A stretch of DNA of 64,000 nt from Schizochytrium sp. TIO01 (taxonomy: Eukaryota > Protista > Bigyra: Labyrinthulomycetes): the NCBI GenBank assembly GCA_004764695.1, contig SMSO01000031.1, positions 2,332,436-2,396,435 on the forward strand, read 5' to 3'. Each line of letters starts with the position of its first letter. The first letter of the stretch is position 1. Under the pieces are notes generated by a model. It was given only the letters and a program-made list of their open reading frames with translations. It did not search any database and was not told the origin of the DNA. Position numbers and translations under genes: made by a program. Below are positions 47,361-61,539 of the stretch, in pieces.

Positions 47361-47594
47361 TTATTTTTCTATTTCTTTATTTCTCTATTTCTTTATTTCT
47401 TTATTTCTCTATTTCTCTATTTCTCTATTTCTCTATTTCTCTATTTCTCTATTTCTCTATATCTCTATTTCTCTGTTTCTCTATTTCTCTATTTCTCTAT
47501 TTCTCTATATCTCTATTTCTCTATTTCTCTATTTCTCTATTTCTCTATTTCTCTATTTCTCTATTTCTCTATTTCTCTATTTCTCTATTTCTCT
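47361..47594. repeat. (TATTTCTC)n octanucleotide tandem repeat
   Basis: Read directly; abuts the GTTT tract. Confidence 0.97.
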
Positions 47595-50500
47595 ACACGC
47601 TTCTGCACGTTTCAAATTGTGACTCCTAGGCAGGGTTACTTCTATCTATCAAGTGCTCTGTAACTTTCGAGCTATAATTAGTGGTATACCTATTTACTTA
47701 CTTTTCAAGACTTGGTTCCGAAGACCTCGAAAAGAGGAGAGCAAATTTCACCCTTTTCAAGCTCTCTTTCGTGCTGCGTTAAGTGTTGACTATTGTTTAT
47801 GCGTCTGTCTGTCTGTTTGTTTGCTTGTCTGTCTATCTGTCTGTTTGTTTGTATGTCTGTTTGTCTGTTTGTTTGTCTGTTTGCTTGTTTGTCTGCTTGT
47901 TTGCCTCTCTAGAGAGTGATAAAATAATTCTAAAGTGAAAGCAAGACGAAATAACGAAACATGAGGGGAACGACTTTCTGCCGCGTCGTCTCATACACTA
48001 GTGGATAGATAGTTGCGAGCTAGCTCCAAGTCTTCATTGAGGCTCCTGAAGTCTATCTATTTATCTGCCTGTCTGCCTGTCTGTCTGTCTGTCTGTCTGT
48101 CTGACTGACTGATTGTGGATCCATCTATATCTTGGATAAGCAGGTATATAAATGCCTTTCCTCTGGTTCGTGTTTCTTGAAGGCAAGTCAGCCAGCGAAT
48201 GGCAACAAATACCAAAGATAAATCGGCTAATTTTGGGCAGTAGAAAGTAGAAACCAAGAACTTTTGGGGGGGACACCACTTACCCATCTTCGACTTCTGT
48301 TGTTAAATTGTTTTGATGATTATTTTTAAAAAGACTCTTTCCAAAAGTTGAATGGAGCGAAGGGAAGTTTATCGAATCGTAGCAGATTGAGCAATACATT
48401 CTGCTCAATCGCCTCCATCATGCACGTGCATTTGCACAAGCCGGGCTGCGGCCGGCAAAGCACCCTTCGAGCCAGCCTCTGTGTACGGTAGCGCCGGTCT
48501 TCGAAGATTCCATCCGGGCCCTCATGCCGAGCACGCTTTTGCGGCGCCTCGTCCTCGCGCCTGAGAACTTGGATAAGAGCCTGAGTGAATGTAATTTGAG
48601 AGGGAACCTTCTCCTTCATACCATAGGTACCAATTAAGCACTGTACCAAAAGTGTGATTCCCTAAGTTTCTTTATAGCTGAGCTGGAGAAAGCTGTATAA
48701 TCATTTGTAGGGATTGGACATAGTAGTACAATACAATACAAAGCAAAACATTTACAATAACAATACTGCTACTACTATTAGTTATTATAATTTTAATAAG
48801 CACGATAATAACAATGATACAATTATCGTGTTGAGTCGGGAAAAAAGGTATCTACTTTATACTTACTCTTCTCGCTATTGTTTTTCATAAACCTTGCCGC
48901 ATCATGGAAACAAGCTAATCACCGCTGAGGGCATAATAACTCGCGAATATCTGTTGCTGGGGTTGCTTCATCGGCTTGGGGACCTTCCTTTATTTCAACT
49001 TTACGCGATGACCTCCAGAGAAAATAGAAAAGTAAGAAAGGGCACGACCAGTTCCCAATAGTAATGGTAAAAGATAGAGATTCTTTCGTGCACTCAACCA
49101 AACTCTGGCGACGACAAAGCCTGCTCCAACAAAATAAGAGGTTGAAGCCCTCAAAAGGTGGTGCCACAACTTCGATCTCCTGCACGTACGTCTGATTCCC
49201 AGCGCTCTGTTTCTGTCGCGTGCCTCCTTATTGCCAGTCACTGGCTGCTCTCCCTCGCCCACGTGCAGCAGGTACCTTTCAGAGCCTAGCTAGTTAATTC
49301 TGCATTGTAATTTTACAATTTTCTTTTTGCAAAAGGCGAGAACGATTTGGCGACTTGCAATCGTGTCAGGGATCGGCACACGCGATGAATGAACGTGCAA
49401 TTCATTGCAAGCCCAAACGAACCTCTTAGAGGCACTTCGATGTCTCTGGACCCTACAAACCTCTCAAAGCTGTTTGGCTCGTTTTAAGCGTACTTCATTG
49501 AGGGCTTAAACGTTCCGGCCGAAAGAGTGGATCAAACGGAGGAGGGCAAAAGAGTGATCAAGCTGAAAAGAAGACGATATTACATAGATACCCCAAAGAT
49601 GCTCTCAGCCTGAGGTGAGTGATATTGATACCTGATAGTCGCTCGCACCAGCAGTGATACAGCCTTAACCTTCAAGCACGCAGGTGTGCATAGGGTACGC
49701 AAAGAATCGCAAGGCTGTTTTACTCCTTCCAGCCACCATGAAGCCAAACGAGGAGCGTTTCCTATACTGTTGGCAAGGTCATGCTATTTGAGCGAAGAGT
49801 GTAATGCAAACAATACAAACGCGAGGTTCTTCAAGCAAGATGATGATGCACGCACAAAACCTTTTATTGGTTTACATATATTTTAATTTTTCTTTATTTT
49901 TTTTTTTAAAAAAGGAAAAAAGAAAAGGAGGTAATCTGGTAATTTAACAAATCTGTAGTTGTAGAAGGAATTACAAAAGTACTTTGTGAAAGAAAAAGGG
50001 GGAATCCAAGGATGCAGAGGGATCTTCAACAAGAGAGAGTTTGTGTAGTCGACCCTCGGACAGAGATCCTCTCTGCAAAGTTTATCTCCTCTGTCCACTA
50101 CATAGCGTCTGTAGAATCTGTGTTGGCCGCCTAACTCCCGCAGCGCTGAGAGTAGAAACTACAATAAACTGATATCAACTTTCACTTACATTAATGTTTT
50201 CAATCTAAAAACAAATAGGGACAGTAAACAATTCGGCATTAAAAACTTTAAAAAAGAGAGATAAAAAAAAAACCAAAAAAAAAAACCAGAGTGGTACCTA
50301 TAGCTAGCTACCTTCTTGTGAATTGTTTAAGAGAGCAATTCTCAAGGTTGATCGATTCTCCTGGGCTGATGAACACATCGTCGAGTTGAACCTGCTTCCC
50401 GAGGCAAGTTCAATCATTTGATATGATTGGTGTTTGCAACACCTTCGGAGAGACAGTAGCGCATATACCCGAATCGACGGCTTGATCGTTTTGCCGTTCC

Positions 50501-51143
50501 CCTAAGCGCTAAAAACCGCAGTGCATGTGGTCGCTCCGCAGTACCGGATGTGCCAAATAGCTTCTGCACTGTGGGATATCTCTCCTCTCTGCCATCTCTC
50601 AAAGAAAGCCGCAGCAGGAGCAGTGAGTGCCACCCACCCACTGCTCCTGTTCTTTGATTCCCTCTCCCCAAGCCGAGCGAAGGGTTTCCCTGGCTGGTCC
50701 GAGCCACTCAGTCCCAGCCGCCAACGGAGCCGGAGCAGAGTAAGCTAAGCGGTGTGCTGTTCTCCTTCGCGTCCTCGTGTTGGTGGTGCTGGAGTGGCCT
50801 TCACGCTGGCCCGCCCGCCCACAGCAGCCTTCGTTTCGCTGCGTTTCCCCTCTCGCCGTCGGCCTGTCCGTCGGTCTGCCGTCTGTCTGTGTCGGCACTG
50901 TGAAGCCGCCCCTCAGCACAGAGCGTCTGTTTCGGAGTGTCTCCTCCTCTTTCTTTCCTCTCCCCCCGAACCGACCTCTACCGAACAGCCCCTCAGCTCG
51001 GTCTCTAGGTTAATTTACCTTTCTGTCTCTGTCTCACCTCTGTCTTCGTCTCAGAGACAGAGGAGAGCGAAGATTGTTTGTTATATAGAGAGAGATAGAT
51101 CGATCGATCTTATTGAGGTTGGTTGCCTCACTCTGCACTTAGA

Positions 51144-51182
<39 letters not shown>

Positions 51183-51446
51183 TTGTTGGTTGATTCGAGT
51201 TCTTGCTTACGCGAGTTGGCAAACGACTCGCTCCTCCAACTTGCCTGCCACTGCGCCTTCCTCCTGAGGGAGCTAGCTCGCTCTCCAACAGCGCCGCCAC
51301 AGCAAGACAATGCGCCTGCCTCAAGTCCCGTGTGCTCGCTCCTGCAGGGAGGGGCCGCCCACACAGGGGCTCGCGCTTCTCGATTCCTGGAGAGTCCTTG
51401 CTTGCTGTGCCTTTTTCAGATTCTGCGCTGCCTCATTCAGGTCCTC

Positions 51447-51527
51447 TTTCGGTTCTTGGAGTTCTTTCGGTTCTTGGAGTTCTTTGAGTTCTTGGAGATC
51501 TTGGAGTTCTTGGAGATCTTTGAGTTC
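51447..51527. repeat. 9-bp (TTCTTGGAG-like) tandem repeat
   Basis: ttcttggag / ttctttcgg / atcttggag / ttctttgag units in tandem. Confidence 0.85.
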
Positions 51528-52406
51528 CACCAGCAGCAGAACTCACTCCTCGCGACAGAGGCGTCGATGGAGCCGCGTTGAGTTGAGGGCCGTGGAGGGC
51601 GTCTTCGTTGCTTCGTTCGCTTGTTCGTTTGATGATTGTTTGACTGTTTGGCTGTTTGGCTGTTTGGCTGTTTGGCTGTTTGGTTTGCTGGTTTCATTCT
51701 TTCTTTAGCTGGCCATTTACTGCGAGGCTGGTACCTCCCTGAGATCGATTCGCTCGTGCAGAACAATGGGGATGGCAATCAGGACCAGGCGCAGACGAGT
51801 GCTCCGGCGGAGGCGGACCATCGTGTTCGGCCTGCCTGCGTGACGTGACGGCGCCCTCTTCCGCGCGTGGATCCAGCACTTGGCCGTCTTCGTCTCGGGC
51901 CCTCCGCCGCAGGCGTCCAAGCCGCCTCGTCGTTCGCCCGCGAGCGAGCTTAGGCTCAGAGCTCCAGCTTAGGCCCAGGCCTCGGCTCCAAGCCCACCTT
52001 CGTTCGAGCCTCGCTCAGCCTGAACCCGTGGCGCGTACGAGTGCACACCCACGCGCGCACTCACACACACTCTCATACACTCGCTCTCTCTCTCTCACAC
52101 GCGCACACACTTAATTGCTTACTTAGATACATACATTCATACATACATAGATACGCAGAAATATACGTACATAAATACGCACGTACATGCATGTATACAC
52201 TGGAACAGGCCCTCCTTGGCTCTCGGAATGTGGGACGGGAAGCGCCTCGAGGCCCGTGCCTGTGCCGCCGGCCTCTCTCTCGTGCGAAGGGAGGGGCTCT
52301 GTTCTGTGCCTTTCAAGAGCCTCCAGCTTTTCGGAGGCCTGCGGACCAGAATCGACGTCGTCGAGTTAGTTGGCTGCTTGCTTGGTTCGCAGGGACGTAG
52401 CTCGTG

Positions 52407-52457
52407 TGCGTGAGTTCTTGCGTGGGTTCTTGCGTGGGTTCTTGCGCGGGTTCTTGC
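52407..52457. repeat. 12-bp tandem repeat (TGCGTGGGTTCT), about 4 copies
   Basis: Read directly. Confidence 0.85.
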
Positions 52458-55400
52458 AACCAGTACGGTGCGGACTCCAAGGCCAGCTTGAAAGAAGCCT
52501 CGCTTGCCTCGGAGCGGTGAGTGATTGTAAGCAAGCCAGCACGCGAGGCCGTTGGGAACCACTCGTGGCGACCACTGCGCTGTCTCGAGCTCTGTCAACA
52601 GAGGAGTTTGTTTGGCCACGAGTGGCGTGAAGAAAGCAAGATCGAAAGAAATAGAGAAATAGAGAAAGAGGGCCAACGATGGAAGAGTCGGCCAGTGAGA
52701 CGATTCTTCGTCGCACCCCTCAGCTCTCAAAGAACTGGGAAGAACGAAATAAACTCATCCGCATCAACTATGAGCCCTCCTCCCTCCCTTCTGGCTTTGA
52801 GGCATTTCCCATGAGGCATCGCTTTAATTCTATGTGCCGAGGCAAGAACATGAGCAAGTTAGGGGCGCGACGCGATTGGATTCCAGGACGAATTTTCGAG
52901 AGCAAGTTTACACTCAGGAGGCACTCTCTTGGCGCATTGGTAATTAGTTCTTTGCTATTTTGTTTTTTCCATCCATTTCGTTGTTACTTTTTTTTCCTTA
53001 TAAAATTACAAAATCATTATTTCTACGTCTTTACTTTTGTTTCTTTTAAAAAAGTAAAAGTTAAAAACTTTAGCTCCAGAGAGAGAAAGAAAAGAGCCTT
53101 CGAAGCACTGTGACGAAATAAGTAATTCATTGCTTCGAGTTTTTACCGAGCTAAAAGATGTTAACTAGTTACCTATTTGCCTCATAGCACCTGTATATTA
53201 TTAATCTCTGGATAGGTATATTATTTACGAGGTGGCTAGCTAGCTAGCTAGGTAAAGGCACCTCTGATCAATCATGGGAGTCGGCTCCGTCGGGTGTGCG
53301 CAGCTCCGTGAGAAGCCCTCAGAGAGACGGTTCTTGCGCCGGCCCCAGTGTATCTTAAGCTCATTCGTCAAGGTTTCATTCACGCTGCTGCAGCTGCTTC
53401 GAGCCTTCTCAAAGGCCTTCTTTCCCAACATCGCTCGCTACACTGGTGTATTACAGTGTATATAATTAATACTTTTAGAGTACAGCATGGAATAATAAGC
53501 AGAGAGAGACTCTCATCTACACACCGATCATACATACGCATTTATAGCCCATGCTTAGACCAGCTTTGCTTTTGATACAACTCGTAGTAGTAGAGTACTA
53601 GAGGCCTATACAAAGGCAGACCTGAGCTGGAGCTGCTACTACTGCTGCCGCTGCCTAAAGGGGCCATCCATCATGCAGCTTTGGTGGAATTCGGAAGTCA
53701 AGCGCCCCTTATTTGGGGCATTCAGAGGAAGTCGTCGAAAAACTTGCACTTGCGCATCTTCGACAGACACAATCTTATCGGATTAAACTCGTTCTGGGAT
53801 CCTTCAAAGCTGCCGCACGAGCGTCTTGTATTTATTGCTGTTGTTGCTGTTGTTGTTGTTCTTTCAAAGCGGACGGACACCTTCGATGGCTGGGCGCGAT
53901 CAGAGAATAGGTAAGTGCAGATGGATAGAACGCACGCACTCACTCACTCTTCTGTTTCAAGAGCGAAATCAACTGAGGCTGGCTAATTCCTTTTCTTATT
54001 ATTTCATTTATAAGTAATAAAAGTAATAATAACTATTATTATTCCATTTTAAAAATAAATTAGATAGAGGATTCATAAGTTCGAAGAGCAGAGAGCACTT
54101 GAGATAGTGCTTGGGCCTCTTCGTGCAAGTCAAGATTCTTTCGCGTTTTCTGTCTGAGTTTTCTAATTCTTCTGAGGTCTATAGTCTTATTAGAGCCATC
54201 AATCCCATTTTCCCGTGCCTTGAAAAGTCACCTTGCTCCAAAGAAATCCGTATAAAACTTTTGCTGCATCGTTCTTACTGTGTTTAAAGATAGCCAACCA
54301 ACAATCCAACAGGTTCAAAACCCTCTCCTCTATCGCTCTCACACACACGTACATACATACACCCTGATAATTCCATGACTCTTGCTATAATTCTCCCCAA
54401 TTCCAGTCCTCAAAAGCTGAGCAGATCAATATCTTTAAAATGAAATGGCCTCTCTCGAAGCTCTTCCCTCACAGTGCGATAGGGCATAAAGAAAAGAACG
54501 CGTGTGAGTGTCTGTGTTCAACAAAGAGAGAGAGAGAGAGAGAGCCTCTCGCTGGGTGGTAAGTAGTAGTGCGTAGTGGCTTTTACCAGGAAGCGTTCGT
54601 CCTGCGTACCTGACTCGTGGCCTTCCTAGAGAACTCTGTCTGAGGCGCCACAGCTTTCAAGCCATCATAGTTCTAGCAGGGTCTCTCTCACGTTCTCCGC
54701 GCTACTAGGGGTGGCTACGACTGTGCTAGAACCAACAGGAAGGGCCCAGAACTGGAAGGTTATTTTTTTAAATAATTGAATTAAAAGGTTCTCTTTTCCG
54801 GAGAAGTAAAAAAACACTGAAAAAGATAGGTATAATTGTGGCGCGGATTACGCAATAGAAAAAAGCAAGATATTCCGATGCGTTTGGCAGGGCAAGCGAC
54901 TCGAAAGCGCTGCAGGTGCAGCTGCCGCTCTTCAAAGAGGCAATTCGAAAAAATACCAAGACTCACGTGGCCTACCAAAACGTGGAAGCACGTACCTTTT
55001 TGGCGCAAGGTACTGCCGTGGTACCTATTGGAAAATGTTTTCTAATTTCAATTTGCATTTCTTTAAAAACATTTTTTTTATAAACTATGCTTTATACTTT
55101 TCAATCGATCTGCGTCGTAACATAGAAAATCAAAAGAAGGGCAGAAAGGCTGAGTAGGTTTCAGGTCGTTTGGGATTGCTGTCGCAAATGGGATAACATA
55201 GGCGTCTGGTCAGGGTGCTGGAGACCTAGCTAGTTCCTGGTATTCCTGCCTGCCTGCCTTTGGCGCTCGCTGCTTCGCTTGTGCGCCTTCGATAATTGAA
55301 GGTGCTTCTCTAGATGGATTGGGTAAGATAAAGCAGCATCGTCTCGGCTTCTCGAGAATTATGTGCAGTACTAAGTGCAGAATAGTATTCGTGACCGAGG

Positions 55401-58400
55401 ATCGCGTTCAAAGCAAACCCCGGAACCGGTGTGCCCAAAGCACCAAACGCGGGCTTTGAGCTAAAGGATGTCGGGCAGTGCAGCATGAGGGCACGGGCAA
55501 CGCTTCGTTCGTTGCGAGAAGGCTCCAGGCCCAGTTTTCCTGCGCTCTCGCAAGCGTGCTCAAAAAAGCTGCCGGCAGCAAGATGAGCTGCAGGTTCCCT
55601 CTGACCGTGCCAGCAGCCAAGTTTGAAGCTCAAGATGTACGAGCGGAGGCAGCAGCTGACGACATCGTGCTGATCTTCCGTGGCGGTCGGTGTCTTGCGC
55701 TTACGAGGGAGGCGAATATGTGCCTGCGGCCACAAGAACCTGTGCAGGACTCCCTCCGGGTCTCCCCAATCTTCAGTACACTACTTCTCTTTTCAAGAAG
55801 TTGACGCCCCAAAGATGCGTACTTTCGACATGAATTCGGGTGCATGATAAGGGAAGGAAGGAAAGAAGGAAGTCGTCTACCTTGAAGGCCTCGCTCTGAA
55901 TTCTAATCTAGACTCGAAAGGATCGTCATGAGTTTTCTTTACCACGAGGAAGAAGTTCTTCACGGTCAGCACGGAACTGCTCAGACTCAGGGTTCATGCC
56001 TGATCCGGAGATTTAGAAAGCCTATGAGTGGGTGGCCTTGCTTGTATGTTTACTTGTTTGTTTGCTGTTCTGCATCGTGGAGCCCAAAGCTTCACTCTTT
56101 GGGCAAGCACACAGGCGGTGGGGGGCAGCGATGTAGAGAATCGAAGCACTGCGAGGTGCCTTTCTTATTACCTTGAAATTAGTTGCCAGCCTCGCCAGTG
56201 ACGGAGAAACTCTTGGACGCCAGCAATCTTGGATATTTTCAGGTTTCCAGCGTGTTGTTTCTGGAGCGAAAATCAATGGGGGCTGTTTTTTTTTTTTTTT
56301 AAATGCTTGTGTACAAGAATGAACTATGCATGGCCAACTTATCGAAACGAGCTTTCCTTTACAGTTAGTTCCCAAGGAGGATCCTCGCCGAGTCATTGAC
56401 TCGAACACAAAGTAGAGCCAAAGGTGAAAACCCTTGCAAGATTGGGCTGCGTAACCGCCTTTGCTGCGTTAAAACCCCCAAAAGAAGAGGGAGAAATATG
56501 AAAAGGCACTCAAAAGACGCCGCGGCGTGAAGAAGAATACGCGCGTATCACCCAAAGATATGAAATGGATCGAAGTTGGCACACAAAGTCAACACTTCTT
56601 GCGAGACCACTTTGCAGTAGTAGGTAGGTAGCCTAGGTAGGTAGATAGTAGTACCATTTAGAACTCCAACTTTAATTTTATCCAAAAGCTGTTACCCTCG
56701 CGTATAAGTAGAAACCCTTTCAGTGTTATATACGTGAAGATCTCGGGTGTTTCGATCCAACAAGCGGTTGTCAACTTGAAAGTACCAAAGCATCATTTGC
56801 TTTGAGCTTTCGCATGACCTGGTGAGTCTCGAAGAACGCTTGGAACACATGCACTCCAGGCTCAAGTTTGCTTCGTGATGAAGGAAGCGCTGCTCTGACG
56901 CGTGGAAAGGAATATTCCCGAAATTCTTGTAGCTGGTTAGATAGACGAGTTCTAGGTACCAATGCTGTTCCGTCAAAACAGAGTTTTGTCTTGGAGAGAA
57001 ATGAAGCAGATCGAATTCGCAAGGTGCTTTCGTCTAAGCTGGAATGAGAAAGATCGAGCTCCCAGTCCGAAAGGCGTAACTAGAGACGCTCAGAAAGACT
57101 TGCAGGTTCTTTGCTAGAGGAGCAAGACGAAGAAGGACGAAGAAGTCGATGCAATAGCGATCTTTCAATTCTTCAGCAATAAGGAAGTGCGTTTCTCAAC
57201 TGTTTCCACAAACTTTCTGAGACGAGATGTTTTGCAGGTTTCTTCTGACCATTAGAAGACACGCCCGAGAATGCTTTGTCTTGACTTACATTTATATAGT
57301 TAATACTAAGCGTACTAGGGCTTAGGCCAGCACAGCAAATGTAAAACCGCCAGCATCGAGGCGTCTTCCGAAAAGCAAGCGAAAGCTTCTTTAAAAGACA
57401 AAAAGTTCAAGGAGAAGATCACGCGGAAAACAAGCCGGCTTAGACTCCAGTGCTGGTTGCTTTGGCAGTTTGCTTCGATATTCATACTCTAGCAAGCAAG
57501 CTTAATGAAGTCACTGTCTCGGCCTGAGTCATAATTAAGAAACGAACGGTTATCTTTCAGGTTGGAGATTTATTTCCTCTCAACTTGAAGATTCCAAGTT
57601 TTGATGCGTTCAACGCGAGATAGCATGGGGCTGTGAACAACCGCTAGAGGCTGAGAGGAAATTTCACGTGAAATATCCTTACAAATGAGTGTTCTTTGAC
57701 TGACATTGTGTGCCTGGCTACATAACGGAAAACAAACCAGGGAGAATTTGATATAGGTGTACCACTATGATCAAGAAATTTCAAGCAGTTGTGTGGAAGG
57801 GAAGTTGCACTAGAAAGCGTTAAATCTTGACTTTCCTGATTTTAAGAAATTGATGTTTTCAACTAAATTATGGTGTTAAAGTAGAACACTATTCGTAAGG
57901 GTTCCCAAACGAATGGGCTGGTTACAGGAGCGTTCATCAACTTCATTTGCATGAAGCCTATCAGGTTTGTGCGACAATATCTCATTCCAAATGCAGCCAC
58001 ATCTCAAAACACGTATTTCCTTCGTTGACATAAGCTACTTGCGTTCACATAGGTCAAATGATTCGTATCCTCAGTTCAAAAGGGAAGATTTATATTTTGA
58101 ATGTGCGCTGATGGAAAAATATTTGTTTTGAAAGAATACTTTAGTCAGATGTTTCGAAAGCGATGCGACATCTTCGAATCATTATTTTCAACACAGCAGC
58201 GACAATAATTCAAACGAGTTAATGTATTAAGATGTTACGTTAAAACTTTGTGTGAATCAGCTTCATGAATTCGTTAGACTGTCACTATTTGATCGTATTA
58301 CACATGGTACGTATGATGGAGTGGCACAACACGGGATCACCTCTCAGAAGGTTTATGTGTTTCTTTTTTGTGAATAATGATGACAGAACAACAGAGTCTT

Positions 58401-60983
58401 CAGATCAGCACTCGATTAAAAAGTAAAAAGGAATTTCAGCAAGTACGATACTTAGCATGGATATTATACAACACGTTCGCAACACAACTACTTCTTCGTA
58501 AGCAATATATTATGCGGCTGTAAGGTAAGATTCTCGTCTATTTTTTATACTATCATGACGAAGACGAGTAGAAAAGTTTACCAAGTCTTGGTCCAGGAAA
58601 GGATATGTCAGAATGATGTTTAAATCAGTACTCACGGTTAGTCTGAGTCAAGGAAAGTGACAAACAACCTTCCCGTTAAGAAATAAAACATGGTATCCTG
58701 ATGCAAACGAGCAGAAAAGTTTACGAAGATAAATAAATTTCTTCATGAAGTACCTACGTATAGCCGGAGTCAAGAAAGGTGCGTGGTCAACTTTCTTGTT
58801 TAAGAAATAAAACATCACTTGTTATTTAACTTTGACATGGCATTGGAAAAAAGAATAGGGGGAACTACCTGTGTAGTTTTGCTCTTCTGCGTAGGACAAG
58901 CATGGCAATTATACAAGAACACAATAAGTGATAATCATTTCAAAAAAAGATGTACAAAATGCGTCAAAAAATATACATTCTAATGGTTGGAAAGTAAGGT
59001 ATTTGTATAGAGATGGTTTCAAAAACGGCACCTTCCGTGCGGCTATTTATCCCATTTTCTGGGACCCTTTCTCCCATCTTCAACTTCGGCCTCAACTGAG
59101 CCCACATCACAGTCATGGCGGCGAATGAAAAGAAGAATGAGAGCCCCGAATCGAAAAAAGGAAAAAGAAGAGTAGTAGCATGAAGGAAAAAGATGCAACA
59201 AACAGCTACCGCACGAAACAGCGAAGTCTGCGGCAGCGAGAGGAAATAATTGAACGTAGAAATGGTCATAGAGAGGCAGAACCCTGGAAGTACAAACGAG
59301 AAGAGAGGTTTCCATCAAGAAAGAAAAAAACAATAAAGAGTCTTCATCCTGCGTCAAGCTGGGCGAGAACTCACAATGCAGTCGATCGTCACGGTGAGAG
59401 TGGATAATCGATATTCAGAGTCTTGGCCAAGTGATTGGAAAAAGGCAAGAACTCGCATCTTGGTCTATAAACCTCTACTTCTTTTTTGTTTTTTTTTGCA
59501 CCACAGGGTTCGGGAGGAAAAAAGATTTGTGTCTGTGTGTTGAACTGTTGTCTTCGCGTTTGAAGAGCTATTCGACATAGAGCGAATGGATGATAAGGAT
59601 GTGTCGATAGTTGGTATAGATGGAGTTTACTCCGAAGCGTGTGGTAAGACTGCAACTGCATGGACACGCTCCCGCCATGCGCGGTTGGTATTTGTTGAGC
59701 CACTCCTTGGTGAGAGCCAGATCTGGAAGGGTTCTTGAGGGTTACTCGCGTGTGACTGAGGCGAGTCGAGCTGCACGCTTTCGAGAGAAAGATCTTCTCC
59801 GTTGCCTTCCGGTCGCAAGTACCTTGTGTGAAATCCAGATGGTTTGGCAGCCAAAGCTTCACGGGGGCTTGCCAGGCGGGGGGTGGTCCTCATGTTGTTC
59901 ATTTCTTGTTGAACAGGCATTCTTTTTGCTGTAGATTCCACGATAAGAAATCTCCTTCCTTGGATATCTACGAAAGCTCTGCTGCTTTCGTGTCGGTTTG
60001 AGTTGTCCTTAGCGAAACTTTCTGTAGTTTGGTCTCCTCTTCGCGAAGCGTAGAGTTCTCCTTACTAACTTTTTCTCGATGAGCGATGCAGCACCAGCAC
60101 CTTCTCAGCAGCACACAATATCCCTGGCTCGATGGGCAAGGCAGGCAGGCAGGCAGGCAGGCTTGTCTGCTCAGTCAGTTTAATCCGAGGCGAGACTCCA
60201 ACGAAAGTGGCAAGCAAGGATTGGTACGTGCTCGCGGAGGTAAGCAAGACTGGGTCTTAGGTTGGCCTTGCTTAGTAAATAGTGATCGATTGTCAGATGG
60301 TTGACTGATTGATCGTCTGGTCGATCGATTAGGGGTTTGCTTTTCCTCTTTTTGGCGTGCCTTCCTTTTCTCTTTCTTTTCTCTTTCTTTCTTTCCTTTT
60401 GCTTGATTCGCCTCGTTATCTCCTCTTATTTGACAGACAGAGAAAAGCAAAAAAGAAAGAAAAAAGAAAGAAAAACGAAAGAAAAAAGAAGTACTTTTAA
60501 AGTAAAAGAAGTAGAAGCAACAGTAGTAGTAGCATCAACAGAGAATCCCCACTATTTATTTATCTTATTATTCTTGCTAGAGGTTCTCTTTTCTCCCCGC
60601 TTCTGCCTCTGCCCACTTTCTTCCAACAAACCATTCTTCCAGTTTCTGTCTTTCTTTCTTTCCTTCCTCCTTCTTCTCTTTTCTTTCTTTTCTTTTCTAG
60701 ATCTCTGGACCAGGCTGGTGGATGTGAGGGGGACTTCTTCTCTGTAAAAAAGCTCGAAAGAAAGAAACGCAGAGAGGGGGAGGGATCGAGAGAAAAGAAA
60801 ACAAACTATCAAAACCTCTCGGCAATCAGGACGCGACCGCAGTGAAAGCAAGCTGTTGCGGAGGCCGAGCCTGAGCGCATTCGAGAGCTTGAGGTGAGGA
60901 GCCCGCAAAGGGGAGAGGCCGCCGACTGCGCTCGCCCTGGCTGAGGCCTCCGCATAGATCAACCAAAAAGCCAAAGACAAAGA

Positions 60984-61024
<41 letters not shown>

Positions 61025-61413
61025 AGGACTGGAGCCGAGCACGAAAGAAGAATGTACAGAGGAGCGCCTCGCACTGTGGGGACGTAAGAGGACGTCCAAG
61101 GGCGCGAAGAGGTCCGAGCACGGGGCTGTTCTGGAGGAGAAAGGTCACTGTGGGGATAAAGACTGCCAGGGCGCTCTCTAGTGCGGGGAGGCTCGGCAGA
61201 ACAGAGAGCTGCGGCAATTTCCCCGAGGGTGGGCGTTTGGCCCCTCACATCGCCCATCAACTCCGCTCTCTCTGAGCGCTCATTTATTCTCCCTTAAAGT
61301 CGATTCAAAAGGGTTCTCGAGCCTTTTCTTTCACGCACGAAGTGTTAGGTCGAGCGTAGGTGGGCATAGGTGGTACCACGAGCGTAAGAGCTCATACGAA
61401 TGGAAGCAGCTTC

Positions 61414-61539
61414 AAAAGACAGGAAGGAGTCAGGATCAAGGCGTTAATACACTATAAAAGACAGGAAAGAGTCAGGATCAAGGCGCTAATACACTATAAA
61501 GGACAGGAAAGAGTCCGGATCAAGGCGCTAATACACTAA
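61414..61539. repeat. 42-bp minisatellite, 3 copies (AAAAGACAGGAAAGAGTCAGGATCAAGGCGCTAATACACTAT)
   Basis: Three adjacent near-identical units with a few substitutions and no spacers. Confidence 0.95.

Noticed and set aside
46929-47663. Long ORFs of FVCL, TNKQ and YFSISLFL repeats
   Set aside because: Translations of stop-free microsatellites.
51321-51530. Coiled-coil-looking ELQDLQELKE ORF on the minus strand
   Set aside because: Comes from a 9-bp tandem repeat, has no ATG, has a stop a few codons upstream, and shows no clear splice acceptor.
57657-57678. Palindrome around CACGTG (and a similar one at 30235-30255) as transposon ends
   Set aside because: Isolated short palindromes with no paired terminal repeats, target-site duplication or transposase.
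61414-61539. CRISPR array
   Set aside because: Units are contiguous with no unique spacers, there are no cas genes, and the context is eukaryotic.
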